This document shows, piece after piece, positions 24,901 through 36,400 of a DNA stretch of 64,000 nt. Made by a program: the position numbers and the translations under genes. The notes below the pieces were generated by a model. It was not told where the DNA came from, ran no database searches, and was given only the letters and a program-made list of their open reading frames with translations. Location: assembly GCA_016748015.1 (NCBI GenBank), contig JAAOMT010000571.1, forward strand, positions 995,095-1,059,094, read 5' to 3'. Numbering within the stretch: the first letter of the stretch is position 1; every line of letters starts with the position of its first letter. Source of the stretch: Geosiphon pyriformis uo1 (taxonomy: Eukaryota; Fungi; Glomeromycota).

Positions 24901-27900
24901 TATTCTTTGTTATTGCCACAGCATGCGCCCATTGACAACAATTTCTTACTGCAATTGATGCACACTAGTTTGGGTCAGTGATAGGTGAATTGTTGTGGTG
25001 TTGTGTATTGATCAGAGGTATACGGGTTTGTTGGCAGTGGCTCTTCTTCTTTCACTTTTTCTTTTTCTTTGTTGCTTTTTTCCCATTTCCAGCTTGGTGT
25101 CAGTTCCCTTTTATTGTTGTCAGTCCAGGTCAGGTCATCCATTTTTCAGGTAAGTTCCTCTTTTTGCTTTCCCTTGGGGTTGTTGTTCTACAATAGTATT
25201 GGTGTTAGCTTATAATGGTCTTTGTCATTGGTCCAAGTATTGATAGTGGTTCTACAGGTAGGTTCTTTTCCTTGTTTCTCCTTTCCATTGTTATTGTCAT
25301 TCCAGGCAAGTATTGGCAGCAGTTTGTTGTAATTGACATCAGCCCATGATACTTGGTATGCCTCCCAAGTAGGCTTTGGTTTTTTCTCTTCAAGATCGAT
25401 AAGTGGCACTGATGTCATGATGTTTTTAGGTTTAAAATGGCCACATGTTGCTGGTACTTATGTGTGCTGGCCATTTTGGCTGAGCTGGAGCTCCTGTGTG
25501 GTCCAGTCGAGAATGGCATTGTTTTTAGACAACCAATTATTGCTCACTAGTGCTTGGTATTGGGTTGCTTCCATCACCAAGACTTTGATAGAGGTAATAA
25601 TGCCATTAACTTCAATTGGGAAGTCGTCGATTTCACCAATAGGCATTTTCGTGGCACCATCAGCAGTGATGATTCTAGCACTGGCAGTTCGATCAACTTG
25701 GTGATCTAATTAATTCATGAGTTGTCATGTGATGATGCTGCCTGCTGAACCACTGTCAAGAATTAACTTGATGGAGTGGCTATCAACTTTTACATCAGTG
25801 TACATCACTGTGATGAGTTTTTCTTCAAAGATGGCTCCACTAAATAACAGTACCAGTGTGTTCTCTTTGAGTTTGAAAGGAAAGATAGCTGCTAGAGATT
25901 TGTCATTGGAGATAGTTGCTGGTGGAATCGTATTGGTAAGTAATTGCTGATTGAATTCCGTGTTGTTGAATATGGCGTCTTCTGGGGTAACCAGAAGACT
26001 TAAATAGTGTTGGGAATTTGGGTTTTGGGCATGACTGGTATCCAAATTCCATGGATGTGATCCTGATTGTGGGTTTAATAAACTGGAAACCAGTTGGTGA
26101 ACAACTATCACCAATCTCCAGTTTTGAGTGACTCTGGATTGAGGGTTGCCTGATGTTATTTGAGCTGGGTTCTGGGGTAGTATTTGAATTGGTTGGGGTT
26201 GATAGATGATTTGTGACTGCAGTTGATATATTACTTGCAGCTGCAGTTGATGAATTGGGATTTAATATACTGGTATAGACATTTGATACATTGGCTGCAT
26301 CACTGGCAGATAAATGGGTTGATATTGTTCCTGATTTTGTTGATATCTCGGAGTTTGAAATTGGCAATCAGGGTTTCTATATTGATTTTCCGATTGTGGA
26401 TGGTTATAAGTGTTGTAGTTTGCTCTGATGTGCTCTTGTTTACCACAGTTGTAACAGACATGCATTTCTGGCTGCCACTGCTGATTGGCCGATGTTGAGG
26501 GACGTGCTTGATTTTGGGAATAATTGTAGTTTCCTGGATTGTTGTGTTGTTGAGATGGTTGATAAATTGCACAATTGTCAGCTAAATATCCTTCCAATTT
26601 CTGATTAATTAAATCACTGAATTGTTTCAATTTGAAGTCCAATTCAGATGATCCATTCATCACTAGGTTGATGGCTTGGGTGTGGTTAGCCTCAAGTTCT
26701 ACAGCTTCAAAATCTTTAGCATGTGTGACTGCAGTTGGTAGGTCGGCTGAGTGCATTGGGCGTACCCATTGGAGGATGCTGCTGCACAATCTTCTGATAA
26801 ACTGATTTAAAATTTGTGGTGCTGTGAAGTAGTTAGCTTCAATGGCCTGAATTTGATGCAGATTTTTATGGAAGCGTCTTAGGTAAGTGGTGACTGCTTC
26901 AGTGTCTTCTTGTTTAATGGTGTTGAAGATGTTGGCTAATTTGTTGATGCTATTATTATTGTTGAAATATCTTAGAAACTTGGTTTTGAACTGCTGAAAT
27001 GTCTGTGGTGGGGTGACTAAACTCTGATACCATGCATCTGTAGTATCCTAAAGAAAATAAGGAATTACTTAAAGGACTCTGGCATTGTTCCAATTATTGG
27101 CGACAATTGCTTTGGTGACATCATTTATCCATGTTTGTGCATTGTCTTTATTGCCAGTAAATTTTTCAAGTTTGGCTATAGATGCATATGCCATTTGTTG
27201 CTGTACAGATTGTTGAAGTTGTTGTGGTGGCGGTTGAAATGGCTGTTGGACAGATTGTTGAAGAGGCGGTTAATTTGGTTAATGCGGCTGTTAGATGAGT
27301 TGGTGTATAGGTTTGGCTATTGGATCAATTGGCAGTTGATTGATGATAATATTTAGAGATAAGTTATTCTGATTAATTTGTTTGGGGTTTTGCGGTGTTT
27401 GAATATTCAGAGTTGCGTCTTCCGAATTTTCTAAATTTGGGTTTATTGGGGTTTAAAAATTTGGGGTTTCAAATTCTGAGTTTTCTAAAATCGGGTTTTG
27501 GTAGGTGAATCCTTGATCCTCACTTCCTTTCTCTTCTTTCTCTGATAATTCTCATGGAGTAGTGGCTCCGAAATCTGGTTGGGGTATTGGTAATCAAATT
27601 CCTAATGGCATTGGAGATTGTAATTTAAATCCTTCAAAATATGCACTGTATGGTCCTAGTAAGTCTTCTTTCCATTGTTTGCTTTAGAACTGAAATTTTC
27701 CAAATGTTGATGTCATGTTTGATGTGGATGCATCTATTGATGAAATGTTGATGGTGCTTCTAGGTGTGTAGTGATATGATGGAGCAGTTGGTGATTTTAC
27801 TCTGTGTTTCTTCTAACTAAGTAACTGTATTCTTTTTGGTGTTGCTGCTGGTGTTTGTATTTTTCCTTTATCTTTGTCTGCATAGGTAATGAGAAATTGT

Positions 27901-28249
27901 TGTTGCGTGTATCTTTCAATGATTTGATTGATTTTCCTGATGCTTGGGGCGAAACTGTGATTTCTTGGTAAACTGGTGTGTTAAAATAATTCTGTATAGA
28001 AATTTTCTCTTGTTGACTCAATATTAATGGTTCCTCCTAAACAGTCTGTGATTTTATTGTTGATGTAATAGTTGAAGACTGATTCGGCTGGGTAGTGATT
28101 ACTGTTTAATCCTAATTGTTGGCTGTATTGTTGAAACAAGAATTTTGCGAATCCTAAGTGATTGGCTCCTATAATTTCTGATTCTGCCACATTTAGATTT
28201 GTGTTGGTGCTGGTTCTCTGTAGGATTATACCTCACAGGAAGCACCAAA

Positions 28250-29178
28250 TGTTACAGGTGTTTCTTTGGGGGCTCAAGTGAATAGCAAACCTGTAACTTG
28301 ATGTTTAAGACAATTGGTGATGATGATAATCTAAAGGTATTTTATCTGAAGGTTTTCCAATTGAGTTCTTTATATAATGGACAGAGATTCAATGGTAACA
28401 GTTTATCAGTAGTTTTTTGAAACTGTAGTTTTGTTGATGGCTTTGCTCAGCTTGATGGTTGATGATTCTCCTGGTACGATATCCTCTGTAAGTGTATACC
28501 AGTACTGTTTTCTGATGTCAGTTCCTCCGTAAGTCCTCCAAGAATAAGTATTGTTTAAGCAAGTTTATTCCTTCATAAGTCCTCCAAGAGTAAATATTGT
28601 TTTAAGTAAGTTTTATTCCTTCGCAAGTTCTTTAAGAGTAAATTTTTTAATCAAGTTAGTAGACAATAAAGAAAATAAAGAAAAGATAAAGAGAAAATAA
28701 GAAATAAGCCAAGACAATTTACAAGTTAGTATTCCATCAATAGCCATGATCAAGAACTATTGTTCTAGTATGGTTAAGTATCAGTTACTATCAATATTTT
28801 ATGTTGATAGTGAAAAATAAATTGGATATAATGAATAATTATTTATTTGAGGATTGTGATAACTAAGCTAAGGATTCTTGGTGTTAATTCTGTCTTTTCT
28901 GCTTTTAATATTACTGCTATATATACATATTTGAGATTCTTCAATTTCTCAATTCCTTGTAACAGGAATCCTGGAATTTCTGAAATCCTGCAATTCTTGA
29001 TGAGAGAAATCCTGGAATTCTGGAATTCTGCGATTCCTTGTCAGAGAATTCTGAAATTCCTGGAATCTTGCAATTTCTCTAAGAAGAATCTTGGAATTCC
29101 ATATTTACTATGTCTATATTTGATTGGCTAATATCTACTGACTAATAATACTATATTTCCTATATTCTATGTGTAACA
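28250..29178 (-). repeat. 5' LTR of element B
   Basis: TGTTACA...TGTAACA; PBS adjacent at 28231-28247. Confidence 0.92.
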
Positions 29179-29910
29179 CTGGCAAGAAATCACAGAATTT
29201 CAGAATTTCAGAATTCCTTTCATCAGGAATTGCAGAATTCTAGAAATTCCAAGATTCCTGTCACAAGGAATTAAAGAATTGAAGAATCTCAAATATGTAT
29301 ATATAGCAGTAGTGTTAGAAGCAGAAAAAAAGAGAATTGACACCAAGAATCCTTAGCTTAGTTACCACAATTTTCAAATAAATAATTATTCACTATATCA
29401 AATTCATTCTTTACTATTAACACTTTATGTTGATAGTAACTGATACTTAATCATACTGGAACAATAGCTCTTGATTATGGCTATTGACAGGATACTAACA
29501 TTCAAATTGTCTTGGCTTATTTCTTATTTTCTCTTTTATCTTTTCTTTATTTTCTTTGTTGTCTACTAACTTAATTAAAAGATTTACTCTTGGAGAACTT
29601 ACAGAGGAATAAACTTGCTTAAACAATACTTACTCTTGGAGAACTTACAGAGAAATTGACATTAGGAAACAGCACTAGTATATACTTACAGAGAATATCA
29701 TACCAGGAGAATCATCAACCATCAAGCTGAGCAGCAATCGACAAAACTATGGTTTCAGAAAACTACTGATAAACTGTTACCAGTGAATCTCTGTCTATTA
29801 TACAAAGAACTCAATTGGAAAACCTTCAGATTATCATCATCACCAATCGCTTTGAGCACCAAGTTATGGGTTTGTTATTTATTCAACACCCCAAAGAATT
29901 ACCTGTAACA
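29179..29910 (+). repeat. 3' LTR of element A, right piece
   Basis: Resumes where 9056 stopped (CTGG-CAAGAAATCACAG); ends CCTGTAACA. Confidence 0.9.
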
Positions 29911-29921
29911 ACGAGATCACT

Positions 29922-30062
29922 CACATTCTCGAGTAATGTGCTATGATTTCTTGAGTAATGCTCACATTACTAAGCAATGTGCCCTAATTTTCTAATATCA
30001 CTCCACATTGCTGAGCAATGTGTCATAATTTTTGATATTGCTCTATATTGCTGAGCAATGTG
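29922..30062. repeat. Four-copy ~41-bp tandem repeat carrying the palindrome CACATTGC-TGA-GCAATGTG
   Basis: Palindrome copies start at 29922, 29963, 30004 and 30044. Confidence 0.8.
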
Positions 30063-30099
30063 CTTATGTGCTAATTACTATTCCCTTATTGGTCTACTA

Positions 30100-30455
30100 T
30101 TTTCTATATCTGTTTTCTTTATGAATTACACTGAATAATGATTAATTACACATGTTTTTTTACCTATTAATTTAATAAAATTTCAAATATTATGAACATT
30201 GGTTTCTATTGGCAGCATATAGAACAATGCCTTATGATAATCTCTTATATTTTATGTTTTCTTGTTTAAATTGGTTCTAGCAACTTGTACAGCATTTTTT
30301 TCAATCAGGATAAACTATTTTACTGTAACCAATTTAACATAATCAGATTGCTTAAATTCTATTACAGCTTTTTGCCACATTCTTATTAATTATATTTTGA
30401 TTAACTTAATTAATTCAAACTCAAACAGTATAATATACACAGCCTTAGTTAATGT
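30100..30455 (-). pseudogene. Decayed ORF relic, probably LINE ORF1 (downstream piece, split by element D)
   Basis: Minus-strand reading AVIVKKILIRT|LTKAVYIILFEFELIKLIKI*LIRMWQKAVIEF...KALFYMLPIET...GKKTCVI is continuous across D's TSD. The LINE ORF1 identity is recalled similarity only. Confidence 0.5.
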
Positions 30456-31347
30456 TGTTACAGATGATTATTTCTGCTGTTGAATTAAATAACAAACCTG
30501 TAACTTGGTGCTCAAAAGCTACTTCCGTGAATGAGGTTCTGCAAGTGTTGTATCTGAAGATTTTGATGGAGTCCTTTGTATAATGGACAGAGATTCAATA
30601 GAGTCGATAGTAGATGTATCTTTCCAAGAGTTTTCCCAATTTTTTTCTCAGCATGGTGGCCAGATTTAGTCTGGCAGTCATGTCCTTCTGGTAAGCTATC
30701 CGATAATATATAAAATTCTATCTTTATTTCTGGATCTTTTATCAGACTATTCTTGACGTTAATAACTCAGTGCTTAATCTTTTTAATCAATTAGTATACA
30801 ACAACAAAATCAAAGAAAGAAAGATAATAAAATAAAGAAAATAAAAATAAAGAAAATAGAGAAAATAAGCCAAGACAATTTGGTACATTAGTATCTCGTC
30901 AATAGCCATGATTAAGAGCTATTGTTCTAGCATGGTTAAGTATCAATTACTATCAACATGAAGTGTTGATAGTAGAGAATGGGTTGAGATATGGAATAAT
31001 TATTTATTTGATGATTGAGAACTGGAATGTTGCTTAGATTAAATTTAAACTGAGAGGTTTGTCTTTTCAGCTTTTAATCCTATTACTATATATACATAAT
31101 TGAGATTCCTCAATTCCTCAATTCTTTGCAACAGAAATCCTGGGATTCTTGGAATCCTGCAATTTCTGATGAGAGGAATTCTGGAATTCTGGAATCCTGC
31201 AATTCCTCGTTAGAGAATTCTGAAATTTCTGGAATCCTGCAATTTCTCTAAGAGGAATTCTGGAATTCCACATTTACTATGTCTACCTCTGATTGGCTAA
31301 TATCTACTGACTAATAATACTATATTTCTTATATTCTATGAGTAATA
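30456..31347 (-). repeat. 3' LTR of element D (892 bp)
   Basis: Direct repeat of 39751-40585. Confidence 0.92.
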
Positions 31348-31360
31348 TTATCCTCTTCTT

Positions 31361-32019
31361 TTAATATTGAGCTCCATCGAAATCTAATTTTTTTAATTCT
31401 CCTTCTTGAATTATTTCTTGAACTTTTTTTTCAAGTATTACTTGTGTTATTTTATTTTGTAGTTCTTCAAATTGGGTGTTGATCATTTTTCCAATTGATT
31501 ACTCGTAACTGTATCTATTGCTGTGTTGAGTAAAATTTCTGGTTAGTCTTGAAATCCCATATATAGCCAGTAAATGGCTCAAGTTTGTGTGATTAGATTG
31601 TTCTTTCCCACAAATTGTTCTAGTTGTCCCAATATTGTGGTGTCAAATAACCATTTTGTTTTGTCGGTGTACAAGTTCTGGATATTTACATGTTGTCCCA
31701 AGTAAAAATAACAATAGTTTTTTGGAAATTGTTGTATCTACCAAGTCCAAGTTTCTCTGGTAAGTTCTTGGCGTAATCTGACTATTTGTTGTTCTTTCAA
31801 GGTCAATTTTATCTTGGTCATGATCTTGTCAACCACATTTTCAAGTCTTTTCTGTGCTTTGTTTTGTGGTATCTTTGCCATATTTTTGTAACGAATAGTT
31901 TGTTGATTGATGGTAATTTCCATCTTCTGGTGTTGGATTAATTAAAAAATTTGTTGGGTTAGTGAATGGATATTGTCCATAATCTCTATTTTTCTGATTT
32001 CTTCTGTTGCATCAACCAT
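31361..32019 (-). pseudogene. Element D ORF3 (one 1-nt deletion)
   Basis: Homologous to A/B ORF3. Confidence 0.68.
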
Positions 32020-32042
32020 GTTCTTATATATTTTTTTGTTAA

Positions 32043-33425
32043 TCAATTGGATGTGTTGTTGTTAATGATAATGATTGGTTCCAGATCTCGTGGAATCTCA
32101 TCTGGTTGGACCAGTATTCTCTGTACTCCTAATTGTGAAATATTACTGGTGGATGATGATGCTATATAGTGGTATAGTTTCAGTCGATCTCCATGTGCTG
32201 CTTTGGTCAAGATTTTGTCATTTAATCTTAATTTGTAAGCTCCATTTCTTAGAATTTCTTCTATGTGAAATGGTCCATCTTATTTGGGGTCAAATTTTCT
32301 ACTTCATTGTTTTTCCACTTTGGTACAATGTAGTAGTACTTTGTCTCTAATCCTGAATTCAACTGGTTTATTTGGTAGTTGGTTATCATGTCTTTTTTTT
32401 TGTTTCTCTTGTGACTTTTGTATATTATTAGCTGCTCTTCATTGTTTGTTTTCTAATGTTTCTATTAAGTCATATGTTCTTTTCAACAATGTGTTTTTGA
32501 AATTCTCTTCTGTTATTGGTTTGGTTGAGTATGTGCTGACTTCTATTTTTACTGGTAGTGTTGCTGTTCTACCATATATTAATTCAAATGGTGTTGCTTG
32601 TGTAGTATCTTGTTTCATTGTCTAATAAGCAAATAGTACTGATGATATTAACAAATCCCAATCGTTCTGGTTTTCTTGGCTGAATTTAGCTATTGTTTTA
32701 CACAATGTTCTGTTGAATCTTTTGACTAATCTATTGGTTTGTGGATGGTATGGTGATGATAGTGGTTTCTTAATTCCGAATCTTTGGCTCAATTCTGTTA
32801 ATGTTTTGTTCACAAAATAAGTTCCTTGGTCTAATAATAATTCTTTTGGACATTCATGTCGACAGATCAAATCCTGATAAACAAATTTGGCAATGGATTT
32901 TGCATCCGCTCTTTGAATTGCTTTTGCCTTTGGTTATTTAGTGAGATAGTCCATGGCTACTGCTATATATCTGTTTCCTCTATTGGTGATTGTTAATGGT
33001 CTGACTAGATCAATTCCAACACAGTCAAATGGTTGTCCTACTTTGATTGGTTTTAACAGTTCACTGGGTTTTGTACCTCCTCTTCGCTAACAAGCATCAC
33101 AATTTTGAACATATTGGATGATATCTGGATACATTGATGGCCAATAGTATTTTTTTCTGGTTCTTTCTATAGTTGCTTCTTTGTGAAAATGTCCTGCTGT
33201 TGGATTTGAGTGCATGTTGAATAATATAGTCTCTTTTTCTGGTTCTGTAACTACTCTGGTTGGTTGATTTGGATCTTTTCTATTTTTTTGATAAAGTATA
33301 TTTTGGTGAGTGATAAAATATTTTGATTGTTGTTTAATACTCTTTTGTTCTGTTTGAGATAAATTCTCCTTGAACTGTTGAGTGTTTATATAATGTTAAA
33401 ATTGTTGATATTTTTGTATGTTCAT
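32043..33425 (-). pseudogene. Element D integrase ORF (ATG at 33425)
   Basis: 1383 nt; frame differs from RT/RH; HHCC, DDE and GPF motifs. Confidence 0.86.
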
Positions 33426-33487
33426 CTTTTGTTATATTTTTTGTTGATATTGTTCTGGTTTTATTATATTTTTGGGTTGAAATGTTC

Positions 33488-36400
33488 TTAGATTTGTCTT
33501 ATTCGCAATAAACTGTCAGCATTTCCATTGTCTTTTCCTTTTTTGTAATGTATAGTATAATTGTATAGTGCGAGTGCCATTTTCCATCTTGACTGTCTTC
33601 CATCTCCAAATTCTTGTTTTTAGAGTGATGTTAATCCCTTGTGATCTGTGTATACTTCAAACTTCTGGCTCAAGTATTCTTTCCATTTCATGACTGACCA
33701 GTATATTGCTAAGTGTTCTTGTTTCAGTGTTCCATAGTTCTTTTTGGCTGGTATTAAACCTCTGCTGGCATATGCTACTGAATGTTCTCTGTCGTTTGGT
33801 TTTCTCTGAGATAATATTGCTTCCAATGCTTGGCCAGATGCATCGGTGGTAATGATAAATGGTTTGCTGTGATCTGGATAGATCAGTACTGGAGCTTGAA
33901 TGAGTTTTTTTTTCAGAATATCAAAAGTTTTTTGTTGACTTTCTGTCCATTTATATTTTGTATTCTTGGTTTGCAGTTGGTTGAATGGCTGCACTATTTT
34001 GGAAAAGTTCTTGATGAAACATCAATAATAGCTGGTGAATCCCAAGAATGATTTTAGTTCTGTCATATTGGTTGGCACTGGAAAGTTTTTTACTATCTCT
34101 ATTTTTTCTGGATTCGTTTTGATGTCATCTTTGCTGACTATGTGTTCTAAGAATTTTAGTTCTGTCTTGCCAAAGAAGCACTTTGTTGCATTTAACTTTA
34201 GTTCTGCTCTTCTTAATCTTTCAAACACTTGTTGAAGATAATGAAGATGATTATCAAATGTTTTTGAGAATACATTGGTGTTGTCCAAGTATACAACTAC
34301 TGATTTCCACAATAAACCAGTATTGACAATTTCTATTAGCCGTTGGAAAGTGGCTAGTGTGTTGGTTAAACTAAATAGCATTACTTCAAATTCGAAATTC
34401 TTTTCTCTCGTGGTGAATGCCATCTTCTCTTTGTCAGCTGGATCCATAACCACTTGCCAGTAACTACTGTCCAAGTCTAATGTTGAGAACTATTTGTTCT
34501 TACCAAAAACATCAAATAATTCCTGTATTCGTGGAGTTGAATAGTTGTCTCCATAAGTTATACTATTGAGTTTCTTGTAGTTTACACAAAATTGGATCTT
34601 TCCATTTTTCTTACAAACGAGTACCACTGGTAATGACCATGGGCTCATTGATGGCTGAATTAGCCCATTGTCAAGCATTTGGTTTATCTCTTGACGAATA
34701 ATCTTGTGGCTGGCTGGTAGCATTCTGTATGCTCTTTGTTTAATTGGCATTGCATCTCCAGTTTTGATCTAATGCTGGATGATGTCAGTTTGGCCAAACT
34801 CATTTTCATTGGCAAAGATGTCTTTGAAATTGTTAAGCAATATTTTGAGCTGCATACATTGGAGTGGATCTAAGTTTCCCATGTTCATTTGTTCCAATTG
34901 TTCTGGTTAGAGTAAATAACATTTGTCTTGTCCATAGATTGTTTGTGATGTGATGTCAACATATCCACAAAGTTGTAAAAAGTCTGGAATGGGGTTTGGT
35001 AGTTGGTCTTCTATTTTTGTGGTTAAATATCCGATGGTGGTTCCTTCTGGTATGTTGATGACATTATCAGTGTTGTTGTAGATAGGAATTTTTATGCGGC
35101 TATAATCTTTGGCTGGTATGTGAAGATTGATGAATCCAACTTTTCCTGATTCACAAAAACTGACTTCTGCTTCAAAAATTTGTGCTTGGTCTTTTTTCTT
35201 CTTTTCTATTGCTAGCATGTACTGGTTATATGGTGAAATGGAAATAGCTTGACTGGTTGAAATAATTTCTCCTTGACCAACAATTTCTTCCTCTGCCATA
35301 TTAACTGGTATATCTATTCTACTCATTGATCTGAATCCCTGTATTCCTCTTACTGTTATTCCTAATTTCTTCCTCTTTTTCACTAATACTAACTGAGCTA
35401 CTCTAACCAGAGGCAGGAATATTGCCTGTGCTATTTTTTTGTTGGGCTCTATTATATAGGCCTTTTCTGAGTTATTTTGTAGCATAGCAATGATATTTCC
35501 TATATATCCCATGTCAATTATTTCTTCTTTTATATTAATCTCTCTTTTTGCTAGACTACTCCTAGATGTTAATTGAATCATTGTTGTTGCTAGAATTTCC
35601 AGTGCTATTTTCAAATCGATGCAGGTACATGTATGTGGTTTCAATTTGATGGCTTCTGTTTCTGGATATCTTAGATCAAATCCTGCATCAGTATTGTGTG
35701 CATGTTCTGGCATAATACCTTTCTCATTGTCACTATACCATTTCAACTCTTGTTTTTTGGAGAGATCTGGTAGTGCAATGTATTGTTTATAGTTTAAATT
35801 GGAGTTTGAATCTGAGTTTGAATCGTCTTTGTTGTCATTGCCATTTTGAACAGAGCTGGAACTGGTGTTTTCATCGAAGTCATTGAAGTCTGGATCACGA
35901 TTGATTAGCGATTCTGATTCCAATGCACAGCTGCTGATTGGTTCTTCTTCTTCAAGGATTGTGTAGATTATGTGTGGTAGTAGATTGTAAATGAGGTCAC
36001 AATTGTCACAATATTCAAAGTTACTGGGAATTAAACAATGGTGACACAGTCTTGTATTTAACTGTGCTAGCCATTATTCTTGCTTTTCTCTAGTGGGTGC
36101 CAAGTTTTGGTAGTGTTCATAAAACTCTTCTGGTTCCAGAAAATTTATGACTGGCTCTATGTTCTAGTCAAGCTCAATGGGTTCTGGTGGGTTGTTTTTA
36201 ATTGTCCTGATTTCTTCTGACAACGCACCTTCAATTTTGGTGATTGCCATTTGCCATAATTTATCATTGTCATGTGGACAACTGTCCAATTGCTGTACAG
36301 TTCTTCTCCAGGTGGCTTTTATGGGTGTTCCTTTCTCGACCCAGTCGCTGATGAGAATTGTGTATTGGCAGGACACATCGCACGTTTCTCCTCTCCCCAG

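Larger units (their letters stand above)
12122..28190 (-). pseudogene. Element B gag-pol (28190-21939, resuming 12230-12122 across element C)
   Basis: GTG-start N-domain, CYNCGKQEHIRANY knuckle, ILDSGSAG protease, dUTPase, VYLDD RT; RNase H split at a CTGT TSD; TAA at 12124-12122. Confidence 0.88.
9057..29178 (-). mobile_element. Ty3/Gypsy LTR retrotransposon B (family 1), full length, nested in A and interrupted by C
   Basis: LTR pair 9057-9985 and 28250-29178; PBS and PPT present; flanks CCAG and CTGG are consistent with a CCGG TSD. Confidence 0.93.
1..29910 (+). mobile_element. Ty3/Gypsy LTR retrotransposon A (family 1), decayed; 5' LTR cut by window edge; 3' LTR split by insertion of element B
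   Basis: 1-425 matches 29501-29910 apart from a 15-bp deletion between CCTTCAGA repeats. LTR ends TGTAACA at 425 and 29910. PBS at 428, PPT before 8919, gag/PR/dUTPase/RT/RH/INT remnants at 487-8221. Confidence 0.93.

Noticed and set aside
29922-30062. CRISPR array
   Set aside because: Linkers resemble each other, the context is eukaryotic and there are no cas genes.
31222-31234. Perfect heat-shock element GAAatTTCtgGAA in D's LTR
   Set aside because: Other copies, including D's own 5' LTR, read GAAATTCCTGGAA, so it is probably a C>T by-product.
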